A stretch of 64,000 nucleotides of DNA from Ramazzottius varieornatus (GCA_001949185.1 BDGG01000016.1:372001-436000), one strand, 5' to 3'. Shown: positions 1-13,108, counted from the first letter of the stretch. Notes: generated by a model from the sequence alone, not told the origin. Program-made: numbers and translations.

Positions 1-1050
1 ATGGCCTATTTTGAGTCAAGACTTAGATCCAGGCAAGCCAGCGATAACGGCGGAGAACATCTTCAGCAGTGATTATGGCTGCTGATGATGAGGCTTCTTC
101 TTCCTTATCGAGTGTCTAAATTTCCCCACAGCTTAGAGCCCACTTGAGCAGAAGACCAACGAGACAATTAATCACAATTTCTCCCATTTTAGGCTCGATG
201 GCGGAAGCCGGAAGGAAGGCAGTAGCTAAAGGGATGAACTCGAAGGCGAAATGGAAGTTTCCTTCTTTTGATGCCTTGATTCCTATTTTAGGCCTACACC
301 AGCGTTGAAACTGATGGCGACAGATGGGCTAGCTGTGAAGCAGTCAGGCGAAGCCAAATCGGCGACGATTGAATGGGTACACGTGTGACTTTACAGGAGG
401 TGTAATAAATAAGAGGTGGGCTGATTGACCGATAGCCAGTTGTCGGGCCGTTGGCTGTCAAGGCGGAAGTGACAAAAGCATGGCAGGCGGCAGGGCGATA
501 CGCTGCTGTGAGCAAGCCAGGATGCGGAAGAATAGGCGGTTAGGCAGCTTGATTGGCCAGCACCTCCATTATATCTCTCCGATTTGTAAATTATAGTGCC
601 TGGTAGGTCCTTTTGGCTGTAAACTAGGCATCTATGGCTGCAAAAGCAGGCAAGCGAGCAAAAAATCACGTTGGCCTCCGTGCATAGTCTTCGTGGTCGT
701 AAAATGCAAATTAAGACTAGGCTTCCTGTCATTGTGCATCTCGTTGCTTATTTTATGACCTCGACGACAAAGCGCCTCTGAACTTTATTGTATGATCTTT
801 ATCGATCGATTTGTCAGACAGCTGAGAAGCCAAAGTCAATTCACTGTTTGGAGGAGAGACTCAAGTTCAAGTAGAGGAAAGAGGAAGTGGGACCACGGAA
901 CCTCCTTGTTCGTTATGCAACCCCCAGACGGCCTAACACGACTTTAATGATGATGGTTCGCTCATCATGGCCCATCGTCCTGCCACTGTGACTATGCTAC
1001 CCTGAAGTCCGACCTCCATTCGGTCCCTCAGTTCCCTTTTCCAATCTTTA

Positions 1051-1172
1051 TATTTGGGAGCTCGGCAAACGAACTTGACAAGATTGTTTTCTCAAGTGGC
1101 GCACGCGTCCAGCCTATAACAACGAAAAAGGGCGCCACTTGACAAACGATACTGTTGAGCTCGTTTGCCTGG
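1051..1172. mobile_element. Palindromic element family A copy
   Basis: TATTTGGGAGCTCGGCAAAC..CTCAAGTGGCGCAC-N25-GGGCGCCACTTGAC..GTTTGCC. Confidence 0.9.
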
Positions 1173-1334
1173 GTTTGCTTTCTTGTTCGGGAGCTCCGTG
1201 TCATGACTTGGAATATGAGTTTAGTAGGGGGGAAACGTTCGTGTATCAAAGGCAGCAGGATACTTTTGAGTAGTGGCAGGAGAGCAGACGGAAGCAGCTG
1301 ATGTAGGCATCACAGCAGTGTGATCAAAATGGCG

Positions 1335-1350
1335 CAAAGTCAGTTCGTGT
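1335..1350 (+). promoter_or_regulatory. Candidate initiator (TCAGTT) / transcription start of chordin
   Basis: TCAGTTC at ~1340 is followed by 5'UTR-like sequence. It resembles the arthropod Inr TCAKTY. Motif match only. Confidence 0.3.
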
Positions 1351-2002
1351 TTTACAAACAATTGTGGCGCCGGTCTGTTCACTGAGCTTGTGCCATGTGT
1401 GGAACGTTCATACACGCGCGGTAGTGTGCGTTTGGGTTTTTTGTCGGGAAGAAGTCGAGCTATGTGACCGAGATTCCACTAGGAAGCCAAGAAGATCGCA
1501 CTAGCGAAGCAGACGGGATGTTTTGGCCACTTTTGTTGCTTGTCTTTTGGGCGTCGTGCTGAATTAAGCTCTTGAGAGATGGACAGTTGTTTAGAGCTTT
1601 GCAACATGTCAAAGTGCTGAAAGTGGAAGTGCACGGAGGAAAGACAGTGACAGGCGCGTGAAAAGTCTCAGCAAGGGAGGACCAGTGAGGAAGAGAAAAG
1701 TGTGGAGATTAATTTTGTTTCATGTGCCTTTTTTGAGTCGGACCAGCGTTTGTATACAACGGTTATGACTGTTAAGTAAACTTCAAAAATGTCCACCAAA
1801 TTTGGGCAGGCGCTGCTTGCTCACGACTTTGATGGCCATTTTTAAAAGCAAGTCTGGCGCCATCAAAGTTCTAAAAGCTTGTAGGTAGCTTCTAGACGAA
1901 GTTCACAGTCCGCCATCGCGATCAACTTTCCGATTAACTGGGAACCAAATTGAGCGAAGAATGAACGGGGGAAGAAAATCGCGACCGAGGGCTCTGAGGT
2001 GT

Positions 2003-2116
2003 GAGCAAACTGATTTGGCCAGGCTTTTCCCGAACAGCGCACGTATTCGGTGAGATTGGCCGACAGTGTGCGCCTTCTGAGAAAACGCTCTGCTCAGTTC
2101 ATTTTGCCCACGTTCC
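2003..2116. mobile_element. Family A copy (degenerate)
   Basis: CAGCGCAC-N25-GTGCGCCTTCTGAGAAAACG. Confidence 0.7.
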
Positions 2117-3474
2117 ATGTGTCCGCGCGGCACCAAAAGCGCGGCCCCGAGTCGACTGTAGAACCAGGGCTCGTTCTGGGTCTGGCGACGTCACCGCCGT
2201 TTTCACGGGGACCAGACATGGGACAGCGTGCCCGTATGCACACTTTGCCCCAATTTCCCACCATTGAAAAGGCTAGACTTTTGTTTGAAAAGTCGTCTCT
2301 CATGCAAACATAATTTTAGTCTCTTGCGACATTTACGCCATTTCAATCTGCAGTTTCCAAAGTTTCCATTCTGTGGGGTTTTGATGATGGGCAAGTTACC
2401 GAGGAGGATGTTTTGGCTTTCGTGGATCTGAAATTATTCAGTGGCGAGGTCGGCAGGTTGGTGGGCTTTTAGAAAAGATTTTAACAGTGAGGGCAAGATG
2501 TTGGAAGAAGGGTTACATTAGAGGGATATTCGGTGGGCCGTAATCCTTGGGAAGTCAAATGGGATTATGTTTTCGGGGAAGTGTTTGCGGGGGCGTATAT
2601 TCCGGAGAAAGAAATGAGGGAAATTAGGGTGGTCGGTCTTTCAAATCATTCGGGCCAGTGAGCATTGCAATGTAATGCTTGTGAGGACACGTCAAGAGGA
2701 ACTGGAAAATCCGGAGATTTCTTTTGGTTAATGGAGTGGAAACATTAAGTAAATATTACCGCATTTCGTGTGTCCATCGTCATGATCACTTCGGTGGAGC
2801 TTGACGATCAGAAAACGCAAGCAGTCTGCGAAAATAAGTCGGACCTTCTTCCCAGATCATACTCTGCAATATCCGACTTGACAAGGTCGTCTTTTTCCTT
2901 GATTGAATTTCCGCGTTGTCAAATGAAATTTATTGTTCTCATAGGCGGATCAGTTTGAGCAAGCAAGGGGAAATTAAGAAGAGTGTTTTGTCTTTGGCAT
3001 TTTTTTTCTTGGGAGAGGATGAAGAGTCGGGTTTCGCTCACATGACTTGAGAATGCGACAATCAGTGAAAGAGAAGTTTTGGAAGGAAGGCGAAGATTTA
3101 TGATGGATCTTCACGAGGGGAAATTTGAGCGTGACAGCTCTTGAGACTCTTGGCTAAAAAGAGAAGTCTAGGGACGAGATGGTGAAGAGCCGAGCGAAAT
3201 GATGCGTGGAACGAAGCGACTTTGTGTCCTCTCGTGATCACAAAGTTACTGCAAACTGTGGACCTGTACCGCACAGCCGCAAATTAAATTAGCTCAACGT
3301 AATGGATGTAATAAATCCATAGCGCTGCTGACTCATAATAGTCGTCAAAAACATGCCAGCCATCATTCTCCATTTGGCAAAAAACGCAACCGCGACTGCC
3401 TTTAAGATATCCTGAAATTATCAATTTTATTCATGTATTTGATTTGACTAAACTATATCTTTATGTTTCTGCAG

Positions 3475-6400
3475 GATGTCATTTCGATGGACACTTTTTT
3501 GAGCTGGAAGAACAGTGGCATCCCGACCTTGGACCTCCTTTTGGAGTCATGTATTGTGTTAAATGCACATGCCTAGCCGTGAGTACTTTCCCGCATTGTT
3601 CAGAATTCAAATTTGTTTCATGCTCGAAAATATTTGGGATGTCGGCATACGACTTGAAGACGATCGTTTTTCCCAAATGGCGCACATTGTTGGCCCACAA
3701 CAATGACAATGTGCGCCACTTGAGGAAAACGATATTGTTAGAGTCATTTGCCGACGTCGCGTTTTTGGAAGCTGTTTTCCAATGGGAATGTCATTGGCGC
3801 GGTAGGTTCCGAGGAAAGGACAAATGACGGGGAAAGTCCGGTGTCAGAACTTCAAACACGAATGTCCGAAGACGGATTGCGCAGAACCAGGTACGCCAGA
3901 ATATCTTTACGCGAAAATCACTTGAGACATTTTTGCATATTTTTCTCCTTTTGTAGTTCTGCTTCCTAATCAATGCTGCAAAGTCTGCCCTCAACTGCCA
4001 AGTAAGTATACTGAAGGCACGCCGAAGTGTTTTTGTTCTTTCTTCCCCGTTTGAAATACGGACGAAGAGTGAAGAATTAAGGAAACTAAACAGACATTAG
4101 CGAGAAGAACATTCGCAACCACCCAGATTGCAAAAGGGGTCTTTATTCCTTGAAACAAAGAAAGGTTGCTTGTGTAAACAACTTGAAGCAATTGGTTCGC
4201 GCATTTCAGAATGACCGAAAGGTACAATAGAGCCACATTCTTTCGAGAAAAGTGATGGGGATATTTACACGTCGTCGCGGTGGTGGCCTTGCTCAAACAT
4301 TCCACGGTGGCAGGGCGGCCTTTTGGAAGTCCGCAGAAAAAGGGTCGGACAGCTCTCTTTTTACTCTGAAGAAAAAGGGATGTGCGATTCTTTTCTCCGG
4401 TAGAAGACCTGCTTCCCATCAGGATGAATAAGATGATGGAGCTTTCTCAGACAGACATCATGAGACATGCGCCGAGGCAACAGTTGCAAAGTTGCGTCAA
4501 AGCCAAGACACGTAACTGGAGCCTTCAGACAGTTTTGAGAACCTGTGGACTCTCTCAATGTCCACTAGAAAAATGAGACAAGACACTTTGTGAGAATTCC
4601 CGTACAACTTTTGGCGGAAGATATCGTGATGGTAAACAGATCAATCTGCTAACTTGCCAAAAAGAAGAACAACTTTGAGGAAGTACGCCCTACCCCGAAA
4701 AAGTTGCGCATCGTACTCAGAAACGTTTTGGGTGCGCAACTTTGACTGGTTGACAGTGGGAACCTGAGCATACATGTTGGATTATTTCTCCTTACCCATT
4801 GCAGTCGCGCAGCCAAGTGCGCGGACCAGAAGCACGTTCAACAAAGTGGACTATTGCAAACAGCGGTGAGCTGCGTTTCCTGCCCCATTACAGCGGCGCA
4901 GTCCACTGGCCGATGCGAGTTGCAACGTCAAGATTAGTTAAGGTCTAGAGGGCAAGGAGGAAGGATAAGTTTTAAAGTGGACATGGCTCCAGGTAGTCTT
5001 AGCCGAAACATTAGAAGGAGAGCTTATCCAGCAAAGGTGTTTGCATTTGAAACTAAGAGTGCCATGCAGAGGAGAGTTTAAGCAGTTTATTCAGGGCGAA
5101 ATCTGTAAAGTTTGACTCCTTTTCTGAAGAGACACTCTGTCAGGCGTGCTCTCACTTGTTTAAAGTCGCGATCAGCATTTTTCACAATCCAGTCCGTGAC
5201 AATGAGGCATCGTCCAGCGAGCAAACAATCCGCCACCACGCTTGACCACCAACCTCTCAACAAGTGAAACATTAACTCTCACCTTTCACATGTTAACCCT
5301 TTTCCCTTTCTGCTTACAGGTAACAACAAGAATGATCAGGATAAGCCAGTTCAAGATGCCAGTAAAAACGCCGGTATGTAAATTTTTGTGTTTTCACACT
5401 CAAATACACACTTCTCACTTTCTTTGGGATGTTCAGTAATGTCTTCGTTGCAGATTTCCTGGCGCTTTTTACCGGTGCGAATTCGGCGCAGGTCGCTGTC
5501 GGCTTCTTCCATTACGATACCAGCGGACTGCATTACACCATCCAGACTAGCCGGTATGTGGTGTGCACATGGTTTCATTCTTTTCTATCTGACAGACTTA
5601 AAGGCCGAAATATCCAACCTGTTAATTTTGCTCGTTTTAGTGGCTTGAGTGCGACGAATCTCCTGTTTCTTGACGAGGACAACAACACCTTCTTCAACCA
5701 GAAGTTGGACAAACCCAACGAGAACGACAACAAGGTACATACGTTTCAAGAGGCTGTTTCTCTGCTGATAAAATAAATGTGACGGTATTGATGTTTTACC
5801 TTCTGGTCTAGATCTGTGGAGTGTGGGAGCGCGTGCCACGACTCTACCGTCGGAACTTAGCCAAGGACACGTTGTCTGTCGCACTGGTCACTGCGGAGAA
5901 CCCGGAAACTTCCGTGAAAGGCATGCTGACTTCAAGGCGGACGCAAAGCGAAGGTATGTCCCCGCTCTTTACTTCGAAAGTTATCTTCTGTACCGGCCTG
6001 CTAACAGTTATGGTGCTCTTTCAGATACTTTCAGTGCGCTACTGCAGCCCAAAGACAACCGGAAGTCTGGCTTGGCTGGTGTGGCCTTGGTCTCCTTGGG
6101 CGCAGACGGCATTTCCCTCGAGTACTCTATCTCATTGAAAGGCTTGTCACTTGCCCGAAAAGGTAGACTGTCGGTTCTGTTTACCGCTCAATACATGGTA
6201 AGAACTCAACATAACTTGATAGCTTCATTTCAGATCTGAAGCAGGTGGCGACCATCACGCTGGAAAAGCCCGATGAGCGTAGGGTCGTGAAGGAAGTAAC
6301 CAGCGTTCTTTCACCAAAGGTACGGTACTTGTTCTGAGAAGGTTTGCGTGGTTATTGATGCACATGTGTATTCCTTAATTTTCCGTAGGCCTTAGAGGTT

Positions 6401-9040
6401 TCGGGTCGAATGGCCGACATCGCTGCTCAGGACATTAAGTGGCTGGCTCGGGGCCGTCTGACGCTTTCGCTAAAGGTATCAGGTGCGGACTTCGATTTGA
6501 CGGGCGCGGTTACCATTAGACCGACCTGCTCAGGTAAATTTATTACAATTAACCGACAAGAGGGAAAAACGGTGTGAACAGAATGGAAAATAGAAATCGA
6601 GAAAACTTTTGAATTAACGTCGGATTGTGCTTTTTTTATTGTAGTATGGCAAGCCGTACTGTACGATGTGAGCAGGACCAAGTCGCAAGGTGGTCCAGGT
6701 TCCGGTGTGGCGCTCTTTCATCCGCAGTCCGATGGAACCTTTACCTATGAACTACAGCTGATGCAGTTCCCGGGCCGACCAACGCACATGACGATCGAGA
6801 CGTACCCTCGTAAGGGACGCCGTCGGGTCGTTGATGACATTGTCAGCTCCTTTGGCAATGGCTGGGCTAATGGCTCCTACATCAAGCAGATTCCGAAAGA
6901 CATACAGAGTTTGATGGCGGACGACCTGGTCATGAATATCGTCAACGAGCATACCGTGGCGAGGATGCAGGGCCACATCAAACAAGTGTACTATAAGGAA
7001 GTACATAACCGCAGTAAGTCACGAAAGAAAACGTGCAGAAACATATCGATAACCAAAAACGAGACCTGAGAAAACGCGCTGGACAAAATTATACTTTTGA
7101 AGTGGCGCGCTCTCTCCAGTCCCAAAAAACTGATAACGTGCGCCGATTGTCAAAACAACCTTGCCGAGCTTCAAAATATGGAGATAACATTTGGGTCAAA
7201 GACTTGAGTGGTTCACATACAATCTGTCTTTTTTTCTTGGAGTATTTCCGAGTGTTATAATGGAGAATCCCGATGCGTCCTTCAGCCGTGAGACTCGTGA
7301 TTCCAGCGGGACGGCAGTGGCTTGGATACGCCTGGACGAGAACTGCATCCTCAACTACCAAGTCTTCATCGATGGTTACGCTGAACCTTACATTAAGAAG
7401 CTCCAACCAACCGTCGTCTACTCCATCGACCAAGAAGGATCGGCCGTTTCCAGACAAGTTCAGCTGGAACAGTTCAAGAAGAACAAGGTAATCGAAGAGA
7501 AACATATACCACAGTGTCATAGCAAGTGGCGCATTCTCTCAGCCAATAAGAGTACAGGTGTGCGCCACTTTTTGAAAACAACCTATCGTATTTGTTTTCC
7601 AAGCTCTCCAATCAATAGAAAATCAACGGGTTCATTTCGATGTGGTTTCAGTCGGTGGGAAAGGTGAAGAAAAGTGACGTGCTGATGGGCATGCAGAATG
7701 GGACTATCGAGATGACGATCACGGCCAGTGGGGAAGCTATCCCGCGGTTACGGGGACGAGTGACCGTGGTGGATGAATGTTCGGGCAACAAGCACAAGTT
7801 CAACGGGCTGATCATGGAGGACGCGGCCAGCTTGGCCGCACCGGTCTTCACCTGCCGCTATAACGACAAGACCTACCCCGACGGAAGCAGCTTCAGATCG
7901 GAGACCAAGAACTGCACCATGTGCTCTTGTCAACGCGGAAAGGTCAGCTGTGAGGATCAAATCTGCCCCAAACCTAACTGTCGCAACCCCGTCAAACTCG
8001 AAGGACACTGCTGCGTCACTTGTCCAGGTACAAAACAGTAGAGAAATCAAACTAACATCAAGCGAACAGACTCGTCATTTTCGTTGATCCATGTGGCGCA
8101 CGTTTTCAGTGTTATTCGTAGAGATCGTGCGCTACTTTAAGCAGCGATTTTTTCAAGTTTTTTCCACCGTCCTATTTGTGCTCGATGTTGGGACAGACGT
8201 CTCTTTTTTTGTAGTTCCAGGTTTGCTGAGTACGGTGAAGTTAGTGGCCAGCAATGCTAGTCAAGGATGCTACCTGGACAAGAAGTTCTACCGACCTGGC
8301 GAGACGTGGCATCCGTACTTGCCACCATTTGGCTTCTCCAAGTGCGCTGTCTGCACATGCCAACCCGGAAGTCTGACTGTCAACTGCAACCGTATCACTT
8401 GCCCCACTCTTTCATGCCCCGACAACGAAGCCATCAGGGAGAACCCTAATGACTGCTGCAAGAAATGCAAAGGTAACCGAAACTTCCTTACCGACTTCAA
8501 CCGTAAGGTTCACAATGAGAAAGTGGGACGGATGCTGAGTGTGTTTTCATTCAGATGCGCCGAAAGTGATTCCTCCGATACGACAGCCCAACGACTCATT
8601 GGCTGATGAAGCTATTGTCAGACTAGCGGAAGAAGAGTTAAAGGAAGGAGGATGTCGCATGCAGAGCGAAATCTTCAAGAACGGCGCAGAATGGCATCCG
8701 CGTGTCCAACCTTTCGGCATCATGAACTGTGTCAGATGTCACTGCAAGGTAAAGATCAATTTCAGGGCTGCTCTTCCGAGTTATTGAGCAAAGCTCCTCC
8801 TCTTTCAGGATGGAAAGTCATCTTGCAAGCGACAAAAATGCCCAAAGCTCTCATGCAGCTTTGTTAGGAAGGAACCTTCCGAATGCTGTCCGGTTTGCAC
8901 GAGTAAGAGAATCCCCTCGTCGTATTTAGTTTTATCTGTCTTCATAGACTTTCTGTCGTGCAGATCAAAGTGATCCAAAGGCCCGACCTAACCGAAGACT
9001 GCTAAAAACCAAAAGAAGGCAGCGAAGAAGGAAGGAATAA
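3475..9040 (+). CDS. chrd: Chordin / short gastrulation (BMP antagonist); signal-peptide exon not located
   Basis: Spliced exons give VWC1 [55 protein letters not shown] (3475-3578, 3806-3890, 3957-4001), then CHRD-repeat-like exons (5320-~7800), then three C-terminal VWC domains ([14 protein letters not shown]; [26 protein letters not shown]; [16 protein letters not shown]). Stop TAA 9038-9040. This is the 1+3 VWC architecture of chordin. Confidence 0.95.
3631..3760. mobile_element. Family A copy (chordin intron)
   Basis: TATTTGGGATGTCGGCA..CAAATGGCGCAC-N25-GTGCGCCACTTGAG..TTTGCCGACGTC. Confidence 0.9.
7078..7178. mobile_element. Family A copy (chordin intron)
   Basis: AAGTGGCGCGC-N27-GTGCGCCGATTG..TTGCCGAGCTTCAAAATA. 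Confidence 0.8.
7505..7611. mobile_element. Family A copy (chordin intron)
   Basis: CAAGTGGCGCAT-N25-GTGCGCCACTT. Confidence 0.85.
8060..8175. mobile_element. Family A copy (chordin intron)
   Basis: CATGTGGCGCAC-N25-GTGCGCTACTT. Confidence 0.8.
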
Positions 9041-9368
9041 GTGTCGAAGGCGGTGGACGAGACGGAAGTGAGGTCGCGCTTTCTGCTCACCAAAGATTTT
9101 GTTGTGTTAAAATTAGTCTGTGTCTTTTGATCATCGGGGAAGGAAAGAAATCAGCAAAAGCGATTAATTTCTGTGTTTTTTTGTGCGGGAAGGAATCTCA
9201 TTGTCAGTGTTTCAGTGTTAAAGAGGCTTTAGAGTTCTGTGCCGGGAACCAATGTTCTTTTGGTCTTCAAGTGTTATCTTCTTATACAGCCGCGTGAGTG
9301 AGCTCATCCCACAAACAGTATTTTTCATTTTTTTAGCCGGCTGTACGAGAGGATTTCATGCTTCTTGG

Positions 9369-9557
9369 GCAGTAGTCTTCCATTGATGCGTTTGAAGTAG
9401 TATTTATATGTACTATACTAGCTGGACTGGACTGGACAGTTCGTTTCTCTGGAACTTGTCCCACCATCGTGTACACAAGCTCTTGACGCGCGTCGCTCTC
9501 TTGTTTTCTTCTTGTTGTTCTAGATTACTTTGATTTTTTATCGCAGTAGTCTTCCAT
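9369..9557 (+). promoter_or_regulatory. Two GY-box / miR-7 target sites in chordin 3'UTR
   Basis: Identical 15-mer GCAGTAGTCTTCCAT at 9369-9383 and 9543-9557. TAGTCTTCCA is complementary to miR-7 nt 1-10 (UGGAAGACUA). AATAAA lies downstream at ~9814. Confidence 0.6.
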
Positions 9558-10221
9558 GGTGGATAGATGGAAATAACCTCTCTCCTTATGTTCGTTGTGT
9601 TAGCTTAGTCTGTTTTCTTCATGTTTGGTTGATCGATAGATGGAATCGAGGACCGGCACAAGTCAATTAATGCTCCCGCTGTATGATTATTCTTGCCTCC
9701 CATACGCATTTGTACCAACCCACATGTACAATAGTATATTTATTTTTCTCTTTTGTTTACATAAAACTATCGTTAACATTCACCCTGTCCTCAAACCTCT
9801 ACGATTTACTGCGAATAAAATGAGGGAATTACCGCGGCGCAGGTCCTAACAACCTTAGAAAAAAGGCACTTCAGTTCAATGGTTCGGTCGATTGGGAAGC
9901 TGATCGACTGAACTGATGCACGTGAATTTAGCTGGGCTTCTGGCTGAATAGTCTTCCCTGTTCGATTTCCAAACAGGAATAAAATGAGAACATGATTTCA
10001 AACATGGCGGATGGTTTTTCTTGCCTAACGGAACGGTTGCTTGGTGACTGCGCGACTTGACCGAGGATTGCCGTGAGTCTGCATTATCGATCTGCGCATT
10101 GCACACGTTCCATTCAAATTTACATTCTAATTCGAGTCCGTGTTTGATTTCAAATTTCGTTCAGAGTTACGCCTTGTTGTCTTTTTGTCAAGTCTAGCAA
10201 CAACGTAATGATCATCTAGTT

Positions 10222-12181
10222 ATGGTGTACCGAATCAATTCCGCACTGACCGGCTCATCTGGGAAGGACCTGTTGTCTGGCGCCAAGGACTCGTTGGCCC
10301 ACGTTACAGCAGCCGCCGTTGATCACAGCGTCATTGTGGGCAGTGCTGTCGTCGGAGCTGCCGCTATCGGACTGGGTGCTTTGAGTGCTTCCTTCTTGTT
10401 GGACCAAGCTATCCCTAACCACAAGAACTTCCGCTCGCCCTTTCATTCACCAACTTCCACCTTCATCGAGTCTCCAGAGGCCGTACCTGAAGAGATATCG
10501 ATCACACGCAAAGCCATGACTGCGGAGATCCGAAGGGACCTTCACAATGCGCGCATGGAAGCCCAGAAGACCATGGACACGCTGCAGTTCTTGAAGAGCA
10601 AACTGGAGAAGCTGGAATCAGAAAATAAGCATTTGAACCATTTGATCGAGGAAAAGCACAATCGACTGGTCAGTTTGAACAATGAAAGGAAATGCGTCGA
10701 TGGAAAACTTGCGAAGGTAAAGGTATAGTTCTCAGAAATTTTTCGATGAGTTATTCTGCATTTATTCGAAGCTAAAAATCGTTGGGGCGTGTTTCTGAAT
10801 ACTTTTTGAACTGCATTAGCAATTCAATATTATAGGTGAATCCGCCGAGCACAAATATGGGCGATGACAGGGAACTGGCTGAAGATATGAAGTACAACGT
10901 CGCGGTTATTGAGGCTGCCACACAGAGGACCGAGTTTTTGCTGAAGAAAATCTCCACGGAACAGGAAGCGGTCAACCAGTTATTGCAGACCTCCTTGTCG
11001 AGGCTGGACAATCGTTTGGAGGCTGTCCATCAAGAAGTGTCAGATGTCAAGGTGGACCTGCTGGCTACAGGGCAACAGAAGGACTACGCACTGCAAGCTC
11101 TGAGTCCGGCTTGCAATAATCAGGGCCTTCTTTCTTCAGTCGTTTCCGGTAAGTAAGAAAAGATTAAAGTATTATTTCAAACGCATGGTTTCAATTTGCA
11201 TCAATGGTTCCAACAGAGAAAATTTGAAAAAAGGATGAGCATTTTCAAACACAGAGTGGGAGCCGGGCAAACGAAACGTACAGGATCGTTGTATCAAGTG
11301 GCGCAAAATTTCGTTGTCCTGGCTGGAAGGGTGCGCCACTCAAGACGCCAATCTTGCGCGTTCTGGCTGCCCAGCTCTCAAATCCGAGCGCGCGCGGCTT
11401 CTTATGGTAGTGAATGTTAAAGTACACCTGACAGCAAAGTTCGATATCAAGCACACCAGATAATGTTGAGAATTTGAATTCATAGAAATTGCCAGTCGGA
11501 AAGTGGAGGTACCGAGAGAAGGAGCTCGTTCGAGTGCCTCGTTACGCCCTTTCTCCGAGCTAAAGCAGCGTCTGAACGCTGACTACATGGCTCGCAGTGG
11601 CGCCACCTTGCCATCCCACCATTCCTATGTCCGCGAGACTGTCCAAGCTTTGGAACGAGGTCCCTTCAACATCGACGCCGTCATCAACAGCCTCCCATCC
11701 CGAGCCGAACTCTACAACAGAGACACTGAGACCAAGATCTCCACCGTCCCTCTTGTGAGAACAGAAGAAAAGGACACTAGCTCTGCGATGTCCACCTTCG
11801 ACAGAGAAAAAGCCATGGAGGACATCTCAACAGTGGAACCTAGCGAGATCAGCCAAAGTCAGTCTCACGTGGAATTACGAACTTCCTCCTCCAAGAAGGC
11901 GCTAGAATCTCTCGGAGCGTGCTTTGGTGTCCCAAAGAAGTCCAGTAAGACGGAACTTCCTGTGGAAAAGGTACGTTAGAATTAATGGTGAACAGACCAA
12001 AAGGGAAAGCGGAGTGATAAGTACTGTTTTGGTTCATTGAAGATTCTTCTAGACTTTTCCCAAGCTGTCCAAGAGTCGGTCCGTGGAGACATCAGCGACC
12101 CAGTCCGTCGTACCTTCTGTAATGCTGCAGCCAAAGGTGAGCCTCGTTGAGACTGTTGTAACTACCGCTGTCCACCAATGA
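10222..12181 (+). CDS. Uncharacterised protein (~470 aa): N-terminal hydrophobic segment, coiled coil, Ser-rich tail
   Basis: Phase-consistent exons 10222-10716, 10836-11148, 11486-11970, 12053-12181 with GT-AG introns. No family recognised. 3' end uncertain. Confidence 0.75.
11257..11383. mobile_element. Family A copy (intron)
   Basis: TGGGAGCCGGGCAAAC..CAAGTGGCGCAA-N24-GTGCGCCACTC..TGCCCAGCTCTCAAA. Confidence 0.88.
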
Positions 12182-13108
12182 CTGACCGACCATCTTCTTC
12201 GCCTCCTCTACGACGCCATCAACCTCTGAAAAGCAGAGAATCATACTGTAATTCAGATCAATCTAGAAATTCTACCTTGGCTTCTCTTGACACTTCGTGA
12301 CTTTTTCTGGAAATCGAATCTTCGTGTTTTCTTTCGCTTGTTCTCGAAAATTAAAACACATCCTTTCTTGAGGTCTGCTTCTCCAGTTTTTGCACTGTAG
12401 GGTTCGCTAACTTCCGCTACACTGGTCTAATACGAGTTCTGTCACTAGTGCTTTTTATTCGATGCATTTCGGATGTATTGATCGCACACGGTAGATGTCG
12501 AAAGACGTTATGCGAGTCTCTGGGCAATTATTTGTGGGCAGTAGTTTTCCTTCCTCATTGAAAGCTTTGCATGTGCACGGTATCGTTTGACTTCTTCATG
12601 TCTTTTCAACCCAAAGACCAAAACTGGTATTACGATGGCAAAATATTAATCTGTCACCGTTGAATTAATAAGGCAGGTGATATAGGTGATAGCCGTGCTT
12701 CGCAGGCCAGGCTTCGAAGCCGACAAAAAAAGTCAGTGAATTCTGCATATTATTTCCAGCGATAATGTGAGAATAAATTTCCCATTGGCAAGCCACCATA
12801 TCGTCGTACCGCGTTTCTTTTGATCACATTTCGCAAAATACATGCCCCAGCTTTCTCAAAGACTTTTCATATGCCACTGCAACGATTAGGCGGAACTAAA
12901 CATACCCTTTGGGCGTATTTCAAGAATATGTTGAAATTGTTTTCTTTTGGGTTCCTCGTTATGAAGAAGATCATTATTCGATGTTCATAATCACATATCG
13001 CTGTTTCCCCAAACGACAAAAGCAACTCTTCAAGTAACGTAGACAATGGAACAAAACGGACTACGACACCCTGAGTTCTTGCTTCGTGCATACCACGATC
13101 AAATGAAA

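Noticed and set aside
7240-7243. Rare GAG 3' splice site in chordin
   Set aside because: It is required by frame but is a known minor variant; not notable without transcript data.
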